Shown here piece after piece: positions 51,493-64,000 of a DNA stretch of 64,000 bases (the stretch's first letter is position 1; each line of letters opens with the position of its first letter). The notes under the pieces are model-generated. The model saw only the letters and a list, made by a program, of their open reading frames with translations. It was not told the DNA's origin and did no database searches. The position numbers were made by a program, and so were the translations under genes. The DNA is from Octopus bimaculoides (lineage: Eukaryota): contig NC_068986.1 in NCBI RefSeq assembly GCF_001194135.2, positions 24,416,820-24,480,819 of the forward strand, read 5' to 3'.

Positions 51493-52580
51493 GAGAAAGC
51501 AGTGAAGGATGTGAGAGGTTAAGTATAAAAAAATGCAGACCTTAGATAAATCAGAATCATGAGAAGCTGCCAGGAACCATTCAAATAAGTACCTGAATTA
51601 TGGTCGAGTTATCGGTAACTAAATGGAAAACTGCTGCTAACTTGCTTTGTAAGGAGGTGAAAATCGTTTCCGTTTTTTCTTTTGATAAACTGCGAGACTA
51701 GAAACTGAATCAGTCGAAGTGTGTTGATTAACTCAAGAGAACTAATCCCCCCATTTCAAATAAAATCTACAAATGCTTGTAAATAATAATGCGTTTGCCA
51801 GGCAAACATCGGCAGTTCATTTAACCAGTAAAAGATGGAACAAGTATTACAGGACCTGCATTAGCTAAATTTAGTCCGTTAGTAAGCTTGTGTCGACAAT
51901 TTGTCTAGAGATGGTGTTTTAATGAAAGCAATGACTGCTACGCGCAACAAGATTGAGTAATAATGCGAGCGTAAGGCGGGTGAGATGTAGCTTACCAGAA
52001 GAGGAGCTTTTTTAAGCATAAGTGACAACCTTTAATATATCATTTAAAAAAACACAGGTGTTAGTGGAACCTTAAAGCGATTATGATCGTATGTTTGTAT
52101 GATGTGAAATTTATATTTACATAACAACGACGTTGTAAATGAAACCGGAGTTTTGATGAAAGATTTTCGCCCAATAAGATTTCTGTGGAAGTGCAGTGCA
52201 CATCGAGTCATCGTTTTGTTACTGCTGGGCTGAAAGTGGAGTGGAAACAGCAAATAAATAAAATGGCAATTGAATGCTTATTAAGAAGTAAACGAAGTAA
52301 GAGAAAAGTTCACAAAAGTTTGCAATGTTTGATGTCTCTAAACTAAACAACAGCCCGCATGTATTATATATCAGAACAGAAAATACTTGTGTTTAAAAAT
52401 TAAAAGGGAAAAGAAAAAGAAAAGAAAAAGATCCATCGAAAATTACAAGAAACAACTGATCAAAGTCAAATGGTTGACATTAATTCTTCAGAGACTCAGA
52501 AGACTACAAATGATGTGGTTAAGTGGGAAAAGTATAATTCATTATATTCATTTAAAATTAAGATTTTCTCTTTTTGGAGA

Positions 52581-52976
52581 GAGCACCGCCTTTGGTCGAG
52601 CAAATCGACCCCAGGACTTATTCTTTGTAAGCCTAGTACTTATTCTATCGGTCTCTTTTGCCGAACCGCTAAGTTACAGGGACGTAAACAGACCAGCATC
52701 AGTTGTCAAGCGATGTTGGGGGGACAAACACAGACACACAAACACATACACACACATACACATATATATATATATATATATGTGTGTGTATATATATATA
52801 TATATATACATATATACGACGGGCGTCTTTCAGTTTCTGTCTACCAAATCCACTCACAAGGCTTTGGTCGGCCCGAGGCTATAGTAGAAGACACTTGCCC
52901 AAGGTGCCACGCAGTGGGACTGAACCCGGAACCATGTAGTTCGTAAGCAAGCTACTTACTACACAGCCACTCCTAC
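52581..52976 (-). mobile_element. SINE family S2, near full-length, low divergence
   Basis: High similarity to the reverse complement of 36239-36640, including internal microsatellite and head (acacagccactcctac). Confidence 0.95.
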
Positions 52977-54073
52977 ATCTATACATTGTCTACACATTGT
53001 CTTTAAGAACTAAAAATAAGCTTTAACTTTTTACATCGGGGCGTCTGTATTCTTCCACATTATCTGTTGGTCAGTGAACAAGAAATTTATGTTTAAAATA
53101 TTGCTTTTTTTTCTTTTCTTTTCTTTTTTTCTTCTGTTTTGTGTGTGTGTGTATGTGTGTGTGTGTGTGCGTGCATGTATGTATTTTTGCGTGTGTATAT
53201 ATACATGACCGCAAAAGAAAGAAATAAAATCTGAATCCCCGCAGCTTCTTGAGATATTCCTAGCGAAATGACACTAATTTTAATTTCTTTTCCGGTATTT
53301 TTTCAAAAGTATTCCATTAACGAAATCACAAATAATCTTGACGATGATGCTCATGACGATGGTGACAATGAACAAGAATGTGGGTGAGTACTTACTAAGT
53401 AACAATACGTTATTTATACAGTGATATATATGGAATTTTTATGTATCACAGAAACTGAAAAACCGGACGGGACAAAGTGTTATGCAAGTACCATCCATGA
53501 GTTTGATTCTGAAATATTTTAATCTTCAGTGATAGCAGTAAGAGAAAAATATATCAAGAAGAAATAATTTTCATAGAATATGAGAAAGGAATAGCATGGG
53601 ATTGTGAAATTCGAGTTTTCTAATGGATTAGAGACTGAAACGATTCTGGAAAGTCGTCATTATCATTACGTTTGTGTTTTTACATTTAGTATAAGAGGAT
53701 ATTCCCATTATGAAAACTGATTAAATCTATAGTTATGATAGGTGTGGCTATGTTTGTTTGTTTATGTAGTGCTTTTTTCTCTCTTTTTTTTTTTATTAAA
53801 TGAATAGTGTAATGGCAGTAAAATTATATATAAGTTAAACGAATTTTCAACCGAAAGTCTATTAATTTTCATTTCAACTCTTTTTCGATTCATTTCATCT
53901 ATGTTATTGAATTTAATCTTTTAAAGCCGTTGGTGTCTGCTGAAGACGGTATGTCTAAGTAAATGATAAATGAGTTATATTTGTGTTTCTTGGGAAAAAA
54001 AACTATCTAAAATTACAAGTAATTTTTAATTCACCTCAGATGTTTCTTTGCCCAATGGTAATACTCACCGTTT

Positions 54074-54076
<3 letters not shown>

Positions 54077-54160
<84 letters not shown>
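54077..54160. repeat. (GT)n microsatellite
   Basis: Direct reading. Confidence 0.97.
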
Positions 54161-54161
<1 letters not shown>

Positions 54162-54414
54162 CGTTTTTGGTTGTAGCGCTTCTTGAAATTTTGTCGCGTT
54201 GTAGTTATGTGTTGATTAAGTATAGGCATAATGCTTCCTTACTTTTTAAAACAAAATCTTCGATGTGTGCTCATCATTTATTGAAATGCTTAATCCGTAC
54301 ATAATAAAAGTTATTGCAATAAATTTTATCAAATAACTTGAAATACACAAAAATTCTTATTCTTTGTTTGCTTCTGTCGTCATTTCTATTACTTTCTCGT
54401 AATACTGTTTTCAA

Positions 54415-54550
54415 ATTTTGGCATAAGCCTAGCAATTTAGGGGAAGGGATAAGTCGATTACCAAACGCTCAACTTGTACTTGTTTTATCGACGGTGAAAC
54501 GATGAAGTCGACTTCGGCGGAATTTGAGCTCAAAGCATCAAAACAGACGA
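54415..54550 (-). mobile_element. SINE family S3, 3' two-thirds
   Basis: gtacttgttttatcgac...aagtcgacttcggcggaatttgagctc. Confidence 0.8.
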
Positions 54551-54552
54551 AC

Positions 54553-54700
54553 TTCTGAGCTCAAATTCTACCGAAATTTACTTTGCTTTTTTCATAATTT
54601 ATGAGTTAATAGAATAATTACCAGTCGAGCACTGGAGTCCAGATGATCGACTCACGCCCTCCCTCGAAATTATTAGCCTTGAACCAAAATTTGAAACCGA
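54553..54700 (+). mobile_element. SINE family S3, 3' two-thirds, diverged
   Basis: ttctgagctcaaattctaccga...accagtcgagcactgg...atcgactc...gccttgaaccaaaatttgaaac. Confidence 0.7.
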
Positions 54701-55267
54701 TATTATTGAATATATTTAGATGGCACAGCTCATTTAAATACACTGTTGTTGATTATGATCGATCAAATTATTTTAAAGGTCATAATATTTTTCTCCTTCA
54801 TATGTCATTTGTTAGCATGCAATAATCCCTGAAATAGAATAATCCAACATTCAGTTATATATAGTCAGTATAGATTTAGTTGTATCCTGGGAGGCACATC
54901 ATGCCAGCATAGACATTTTATTAAAGTGTTGTGAATAGATTTATAGATAAGCATTTGATGTATGTAGAAGATAGAGCGTAGCACTAAATTCGTTCTACAA
55001 TTTGCTACAATATGTCACCTGGTTTTAGAGGGAACTATTCTTATCCGTTGAATGCCAGCTGTCTACTTGCAAACATCAGAGCACACCAAACGACACATGA
55101 AACATTTTATCCTGGTCTTCTTTAGCAAAATATTTCAAATTCAGAATCTAATAGAAAATACTTGTCTGGCTTCATTTACCACTTCTTAATAATATATAAC
55201 CCATGCATAATATCAATCTCCATGTCTCAACTATTTCAAGCATTAACTATAGCTCCTTTTAAAGTCT

Positions 55268-55470
55268 ACTAGCTGGTAGATTCGTTAGCACGCTGGACAA
55301 TTGTATACCAGTAATACTTCCAGTTTTACATTCTAAGTTCAAATGCCACCGAGGTCGACTTTGCTTTTGGGAGCACATAAAATAAGTACAAGTTAATCAG
55401 TGATGTCAATAGAAGTGAAGGTCATTCTCCTCAAAATTGCTCACCTTGTGCCAAATATTAGAAATAATTA
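55268..55470 (+). mobile_element. SINE family S3, full-length, diverged
   Basis: agctggtagattcgttagcacgctggac...aagttcaaatgccaccgaggtcgactttgc...ccttgtgccaaatattagaaataatta. Confidence 0.8.
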
Positions 55471-57639
55471 TCATTTGTGACTCACATGTGCATATGCATA
55501 ATGCACAGCAGGCAACTAAAAGTCATTGAAATCATTCTCTTGGACACTTCCTAACCACGAGAATATTCTGTCATCAGGGTCGCCCAAAAGTTAAACAATG
55601 TCTTTGTCCACTGCACATGAAATGTGTCACCCACCTCCAAAAGTTCTGGTCTCTTTTCAAAAGGGTCTCTGCAAACTTTTCACTTTGAACATTTTGTAAT
55701 GAAAACAGTTTCAAAACATCTCTCTTGCTGAGAAAGCTTTCTCATTCGCATAATTTGCTTCTACGTCCATAATACTTGTGTTCAACTATATCTCCCTCCG
55801 AACAATTCCTCCTGCATTCGACTGTTTTCATCCTTACGTTTACTTATGTGACACATCTAAATATATTAATAATTACGTCAACTTTGAAAACATCATTTCT
55901 ATTAACATCAACTGTTAATATGTTACACTTTTACTCTATACATTTTGCCAAACAACTCGTATTTTTATCTATATTAATTTTTCTCCTTTCAGTTTTCTCT
56001 CTCTCTCCCTTTTCCAGAAATGTATCCGAATATTTGGAAACATACCTCACTTTGTCCGCTCCGAAAGTAACCTCTAAACTAGAAAACCATCGACTTCTCT
56101 CACTCGCAATATCTGAATATATTGGAAATAATAGTAACCTAACTAAACTCTTACAGAAGTTTCGATAATACGATTACTACAACAATCACTGTTGCCCATT
56201 CTTTTGAACGCAGTTCTAATCTAAATTCCATATCCTTCTCTTTATATCAGAAACTTGCTGATTTTAAAAAACTTTCATTTATTTAGTCGCACTGCCGTGT
56301 CATTTATGTTTTGTGAGCCAACCCCACGAAAAACAAGCTGAGAATACCGACGAATGTGAATTGGTGTAGTTTTCAATAAGTATCTTGTTTTTGTTGGTTA
56401 ATCTGTTGTCTATTGTGGGGAGGTCCAATATTTGGAAAACATCCGATTAATTAGCTAACTCACAAGACAGCATTCAGTATGGAGAATTGAAATTGCGACT
56501 GGTTATGTAAAAAAAAAATACATTAGTATCTTATGACAGATCATTAAAAAAAGAAACTACATAGATCATAATATAAATATTCCAATAGTGTATATAAAAA
56601 AATAGATCGGCAAGAAAAAGAGCAAATTGTAGATAAGATACATACTCTTGCTTACTGTGTAGCTATAAAAAAGAACTATTGTGGACATGTAACAAGTTTC
56701 AGTGAAATAAATATCTAAATGCTTGTTCGTCAGACCAATATAAATATACATTTTATTATATTTTCAAATTAAATCATATCAAATTATATGATATAAACTA
56801 GATTGAGATAAAATGAAATATATCATAGCTTATATAAAATGACTATATGCATATACGTACATACAAATATCTCTATGTATGTATATATTTGTGCATGTAC
56901 AAACACTCACACATACACATGCATATATATTATATTATATGTATGTATGTATGGAGACGAAAATATCGATATATCTTCCGTTTTAAGGAGAAATTTATTG
57001 ATTTATTTTTTTTTTAGTAGTTTGTTATTTTTTCAGTCTGTTGCTTCCATGAAACATATGCTTTGATAAAATAGAATTATTCATTCCTTTATAGTTCAAA
57101 TAATGTTTACTGTTTGCAAAAAACGGTATGTTTTATTTGGAAGAGGAAATATTATATCGAAGGACTGTCTCGTGAAGCTTCTTATTGCTAATAATAAAAT
57201 AATGACACATGCTCTTATATCTATATTTCCTTCGTATCTGTCTATCTATAGAAATGTGAGAGGGAGTGACTTCTCATCTATGCATGTGTAAATACATATA
57301 CATAAAATATGTATGAATGTTTGAATGCCAACATAATCACACGCATATTCATACAAACTAGATCACATGCACACACGCACACACATACATGAATGTGTGT
57401 ACATACATATATATATATATATATANNNNNNNNNNNNNNNNNNNNNNNNNNNNNNNNNNNNNNNNNNNNNNNNNNNNNNNNNNNNNNNNNNNNNNNNNNN
57501 NNNNNNNNNNNNNNNNNNNNNNNNNNNNNNNNNNNNNNNNNNNNNNNNNNNNNNNNNNNNNNNNNNNNNNNNNNNNNNNNNNNNNNNNNNNNNNNNNNNN
57601 NNNNNNNNNNNNNNNNNNTATATATATATACATATACAT

Positions 57640-57678
<39 letters not shown>

Positions 57679-58488
57679 TGTAAACACACCCGTGCAAGCA
57701 CACACAAGCACACACACACACACACACACACACATAAACACAAATTTGTCAGAAGACATAAAAATGTTAGATTTGAATATATGTGCACATGAGTATTTGT
57801 GAATGATCTTGTATGTGTGTTAGCGAGTGTTTGGACGAGTACAAATGTTTGTGCGTTTCTGTTCGTGGATGTGAGCGTGCGTGCGGATGAGGGGAAAGTA
57901 TGGGTGAGTAGAAGGAAAAATGAGAATATAGATAAACATGTTTCTGTGATTGGCTTTCTATTCTGTTGTGTATAAGCTTGTGCTTCTTTCTTCAAATATA
58001 AATATGAATATTATATCTGCTATGTAATTGTAAACTAATATCAAAGATAGCCATCATCATAAATAATATGAAAAAATATAACCATAACAATTTGAATGTG
58101 ACATAATGTTTCACATAAAACTGAAAACAGATCGGGAAGAGATATTCTTTTTTTATGCTTACATATAAATATGATAGACTTCTGATATCCGATTTCAATG
58201 TAATATATGAATTCAATGAAAGCATATGTTGTTAATAATATGTCTCCAAATGTGAGTATTTCTTGTGTCTTAATGCAGTCAAAAACCCATCAAAGCTCTG
58301 GAAGGTGCTTCATTGAATGACAAGCATAGCTCTTACTGATCTAGCGATGTACAATGAAAGCTGGAAGAAATGTGTTCAGTTTGGCCATATAAAAATTAAC
58401 TGATTTTGAAGTTGATTCGATAAAGAAAGGAAGATTGTAGAGTGTTTCAGCCAATGAGCCTTCCCTGTTTTGTTTTGTGTGTATGTGT

Positions 58489-58532
<44 letters not shown>

Positions 58533-61500
58533 ACACACACACACATATATATATATANNNNNNNNNNNNNNNNNNNNNNNNNNNNNNNNNNNNNNNNNNN
58601 NNNNNNNNNNNNNNNNNNNNNNNNNNNNNNNNNNNNNNNNNNNNNNNNNNNNNNNNNNNNNNNNNNNNNNNNNNNNNNNNNNNNNNNNNNNNNNNNNNNN
58701 NNNNNNNNNNNNNNNNNNNNNNNNNNNNNNNNNNNNNNNNNNNNNNNNNNNNNNNNNNNNNNNNNNNNNNNNNNNNNNNNNNNNNNNNNNNNNNNNNNNN
58801 NNNNNNNNNNNNNNNNNNNNNNNNNNNNNNNNNNNNNNNNNNNNNNNNNNNNNNNNNNNNNNNNNNNNNNNNNNNNNNNNNNNNNNNNNNNNNNACCAAA
58901 ACGCCTATATAACTAGAAATAAGAGTTAAAGACTCTTAATACTGCAACCAAATTTATAACTGAAGGATGTGTATCTGTTTTTACCAATGAATAGATCGAT
59001 GGTTGTACGTGGGCCTTCTCTGTGTATTGAGTGTGGAGGATTAGAAGGTGATGCAAGCAGAGGAAGGAATGGTTACAGTAAAGGATACTGAGGAAGGTTT
59101 TGTGACGTAAGACTTGTGTTGATGTTTGTATATGTAGATGTCGGGGTGGGTAGTATAGATCATTCGTTTGACCTTAGTAAAGCTACTCTGTTGTCCAAGT
59201 TCATTATCTGACCTGACAAATAATGTTTTCTTAAAGGGTCCTTTTAATTAATTTTTAGCGGTACAGTGATATAACATACAGCATAGGAAAATAATGGTTT
59301 TATTTTTGTTAAGTTGGTTTATATCTTCTTCAGTTATTCCATTAGGTGTTAATGACGGTTAGTATCTTTGTGACTAAGGTCAAAGCGAAGAAGCATATTA
59401 CCCTTCGTAGAGCGAAATGAAAAAAAAGAATTATTCCATATTAACATCAGATCACCTCCATCTACGAAAAATATGATTGAATTTGTCGAACTTCGTTCTA
59501 TAACTTAAATTCATATACTTAATATACTTATATATATATATGTACATACTAATAGTAATGGTAAGACAACAAAGGAAATAGACTTCGATATTATGTAAAT
59601 AGACGAATTTATCTGTAATATAATATGTGACACTTATTCGGTTGCCATAATAAAACTCCGAGTTTTAGATGTCTTATACTCGCTGCCTTGTACTCTTATA
59701 TAGAGGCAGTTATATATAGAATAGTCACACACATTTTGTAGACACCCATTGCAAATGATAAATACTCTGAGTACATTGAAAACTTATCGTTTTCAGAATT
59801 TAAGTAAACAATATGTGTTTAGCCGCTTGGTTATAATGTTAGGCTCGTAATCAGAAATTTGTGTAGTTCCATTCCTGAAGTGTGTGTGATGGATTAAATC
59901 AAGGTATATTATTTTACGCTGATACAGTCTAATGACCTGCAATGCTTAAATCATAGACTTGTAACACATTTAATAAAAGCTTGGTAGTCAATGACAAACC
60001 ATATTCGCTAGCTAACGACGCTTAGCTATATGTTTTTGAAATCAGTTGTTGACACATCTTTGTAATGTTTTATGGAAAGCATCAATTTAATGATTTTCGC
60101 TAATATTTATAATACAGTTATTAATGATTAAGATACCTTTCACAATTTTTTTCTATCGTTCCATCCATAATGTCATTTACAGAGCCTGTTTCTGTTTTCC
60201 CTGCTCCAACGAATGCGCTCTGAACAAATGTGTTCATATGCAATGCTTCTGTGGATAGTTTAAGGTGTCGTACATCTGCTGACAACGACTTCAACAATAT
60301 TCGATACTGCGTACAACTGTTCCTCATTTTCTTTCTACGAATATAATATAAACGCAATGTTTACAGGGGCCGTAACATTCGGTGTTCGCTAATGAATTTA
60401 GAGATATGTTCTGTCGTACATTATACAGATGAAACGAAAAACCGTTAATACACCAGTAATTCAAATCTTAGTAAATATTTCAAAGTCCCTGCTGGTTATT
60501 TATATGCTGTACTTTCTTTGTAGATATCACGTTCCGATTAATGCATAAACGCAAAACGTTTTGGAAAAAAATAAATTTTTTCTTATCCCCAAATCGTTAA
60601 CTACATAAGTTAATTGGATTTTTGACCAAGCAACACAAACTGCAGCATAAAGATGACGTGATTACAAATTTCTTTTTATGCTGCTTGTCAAAATGCCATG
60701 TACGTATAATATCGTATAAAGTATATTGAATCGAATAGGTTTTTTTTTTTCTCATTTGAATGTCTACTTTAACCGCGAACGTCTTTGAGAATTGTAAATA
60801 TTTACAACTTTCAGAAAACCCTTCCATCTGACACTTAGAGTTTGCTGCAAAACCAATGACTCAAACAAATCTAGTATGATGTGGAAGAGTACTTGACCAA
60901 TGCCCGCGAATTGAGTCCAAGCTGTCATTTCGCTTCGGTTGACTACTGTTGTTTAACTCTAGACAAGCTGTACAGGATCGATATCATATCTATGAAGAAG
61001 GCTACCTCTTAATGTGGTTACGTAGGTAATTGCAATTGGACGATATCAATTTTCTAGCCAATATATTGATAGGTTTTGTATATATATTGGAAGGTTTTGT
61101 ATATATGCAATGTATCAATAAGAGACATACTTAAAAACTTCGATCAGTTAAATTACTTTGAAATTCTGCTCAACTTTGAAGAAGTTACCCTTACGTACAT
61201 CACAAATGACTATATCTCCCGAAACTTCGGATTAGAACAGGCTAAAGTTTCCCAAATCTTCTACTGCCTCAATGCCATTATAAATCATCATAAATGCTTT
61301 AAAGATATTCGCATGATACTTCTAACTGATCACTAAAGAAAACTAAATCATCCTAAGTACTCCTCTGTGAACTAAATATTGTCGACACATCATCACTGGC
61401 TTTTGCAGATTTGGGATTTTAATCTACTACGTCAACAATATGATTGGAAATATAATCTTTCTCGTTTAATATGTCAAGAACACCAGAAGCAGCTTAAAAC

Positions 61501-63046
61501 TCCATCATAGCTATAATATCTTTTGTTTATTTCAATATATGAAGTAAATCTTAATCGCACTGTTTAAACTGAATTAAATAGCTTCATTTCTTTATACTTA
61601 GTTACTAATATTCTCTGGAGCACCTCATGTTGTCGAGTTGATTATTCGTTCGACTGTTGACAAGAATATCCAGTTTATATAACTATTGTTGGTTGTGTTT
61701 ATAACCAAAATACTGGAGTCTCAATACATCCACTCTGTGCGAAGATATATCATTACGTTCTTGAGTGCAGACAATATTAAATCTACCTTTCATGTTTCGG
61801 TATCAATATGAAATATCTGTAAACTACTGAGGTCTATTGAATCGATTTTACTTCCACCAAAATGTGTGATACTGACCTGTATTTTTGTGAATTAATATTC
61901 TCCGTCCGCTTTGACTTAAACGGATATAACTTGGAGTTACATTCAATCATATAAGCAGTAAGAGTATTGCATAATCACCGAAAATATCTAAAATTCCATA
62001 ACAATTTCCGAGAAATGATTTACTGCAGATGCAAAATATGAAGAATGTTTCTCTAGATAGTATCCTTAGGAACTGCATTACTCTATATATGCATAAAGAG
62101 AAATAACCAAACTGTAGTACTGTGTATACACCATATTTAAAGATTATATGTAGGGTACATGAAATATGATTCATATGAATAATATAAGAGAAATTAAATT
62201 ATGTATTACAACATTGCTCGTCTTTTCTTCTAGAAAATTAAACCACAGAGATAAGCACTTGTGGACATTCAACCGCAGGACTTATACTTCGTTAAACGAT
62301 AACTACTACCTATTATTTGAGAAAGCTATGTGTTGTTTAACCATTTTGTTGCATGGTCCATTAAATACTACTCTTCAATTCAACACTTCAAAAATTAATT
62401 GAAATATCCCCCACTGCGCCGCGACGTACGTGGAAAAGTCATTTCGCTTTTCATCTAGGACGTTATGCTTTCGTAGCAAAGTAAAGATATAAATTTGGAG
62501 AGATCAAATATAAGCAAAAACAATTTAAATAGCCACCTAAAAGAAATAGAATAATGTTAAGGCATCCGTCTTTGAAGAATCATGTAAATATTATTCAAGC
62601 TTTTATAATAAATTTCCATGATGTTGAAACTTTAGAACATATAGAGAAATTTTTAAAATTCTGTTCTAAAGGTACATGAAATACTATCATTTGTGAAATA
62701 ATTCAAAGAGATCTTATTCAACTTTAAGCAACAACTCAAGTGAAGAAAACTCATAACTTATTGCAATTTATATATACTCATATTGCAATTTATATATACA
62801 TATACACACATACACACACGCACATACAAACACACACACACATATACAAACACACACACACATACACACACACATATATTTGTGTGTGTGTATGTGAGTA
62901 AGATCATATTTGTGTACATGCATATATTCATGCCTGCATAAATAGCATATATATTAGACGCAAAACAGCTGAAATCAGACCTTCAACAATATGTGTCAAT
63001 CTACACAAGCAGATGCACGCGCACACTCACACACATTCCATCTCAC

Positions 63047-63082
<36 letters not shown>

Positions 63083-64000
63083 TCACACACACACACGCAC
63101 ATGAAATTATTGACAGGGAAGACAGAGTGTATTGTAAGCTTTATTTTTAGCACGACGATCGTTTCGGCTTACATCCGCACTGCTCTCTAGCGGGTGCAAA
63201 CGATATAATGGAATGGAATGCACCCCAGAGTGCAGAAGAAACCTCATCAGGTTACATAATACGTTGCAGTTTTATAATATGTACATTTCGCTAGTGTGTG
63301 TGACAGGATGATGTTGGTAGGATACGTGTGTTTACAGTAGTTCACAAATCCATTACTGACGCATGATGAATGGTATACATTAGGGGAGTGGTAGGTAAAC
63401 AATACAAGACACCAAATACATTGCACACTTTACTATTCCCCGAGTATATACCAGCCATCCTGCTTCATTAATGGATATGTGAACTACTATAAACGCACGT
63501 ATCTTACCAACACCATTCTGCCACACACACACACTGGGGAAATGTACAAATTATAACACTGAATAACATTGAGCAACATTTTTTATGCCATAATATATAT
63601 GTACATCTAGGATTGTATTTATGAATCAAAATATTCTTATCTAGTTACCAAGATATATAGACACGTGATAGTGAAGGTTGATAATATCCCCACAGACATC
63701 AAATTGCAAACAATATATTTAGCAGAGCTACGATGTAGGAATAGTATATTATGATTGGATTCCTTTGCATGATAGCAGAAGAAAATGCAAATTATTTTCA
63801 GCAAATGAAAATCATGCTAACTAGAGTTTGCAAAATTTAACCACTACCTTCGTCCCCATGGTGTGCATTAAGTGAGTGAGTTTTGTAGCTTCTCTATCCA
63901 ATATTAAGACATATTTACTTGCTCTGTTAATGTAATTATTGAAATCTCAGCAAAAATTTTAATCCATATATTTCGTGATATATATATATATATATATATA

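Noticed and set aside
53310-53383. 74-nt candidate exon YSINEITNNLDDDAHDDGDNEQECG with a gtgagt donor
   Set aside because: Composition is a decayed (GAT)n repeat, the acceptor is weak (aag), and no partner exons were identified
56690-56735. Minus-strand CTGACGA...GAAAC
   Set aside because: The intervening sequence does not form helix II, and the local inverted repeat has the wrong topology for a hammerhead

Overview
This is AT-rich animal genomic DNA from a gapped scaffold. It has 16 N-runs totalling about 5.8 kb, most starting or ending in microsatellites. The dense CA/TA/GATA/TAA/GAT/TATG arrays and three tRNA-derived SINE families (labelled S1-S3 here) look like an octopod cephalopod genome; this assignment is from recall and was not verified. 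I found no supportable host protein-coding gene, tRNA or rRNA. Almost all ORF-track entries are microsatellite or gap artefacts, so the window is probably intergenic or within a long intron. Recognisable content is transposon debris: about 24 SINE copies (one young, with a perfect 14-bp TSD), two DD37D/maT-type and one mariner-type transposase fragments, and a possible MULE fragment. There are also several R4/Dong-type REL-endonuclease LINE pieces (one sitting inside a TAA array) and Penelope-like RT and GIY-YIG remnants. The most interesting signals are (i) a dispersed short repeat carrying degenerate minimal hammerhead-ribozyme motifs of the Penelope type, (ii) a near-perfect 22-bp hairpin at 51442-51492, (iii) direct evidence of TAA-targeted LINE insertion, and (iv) a closely spaced inverted SINE pair that could form a dsRNA editing substrate.
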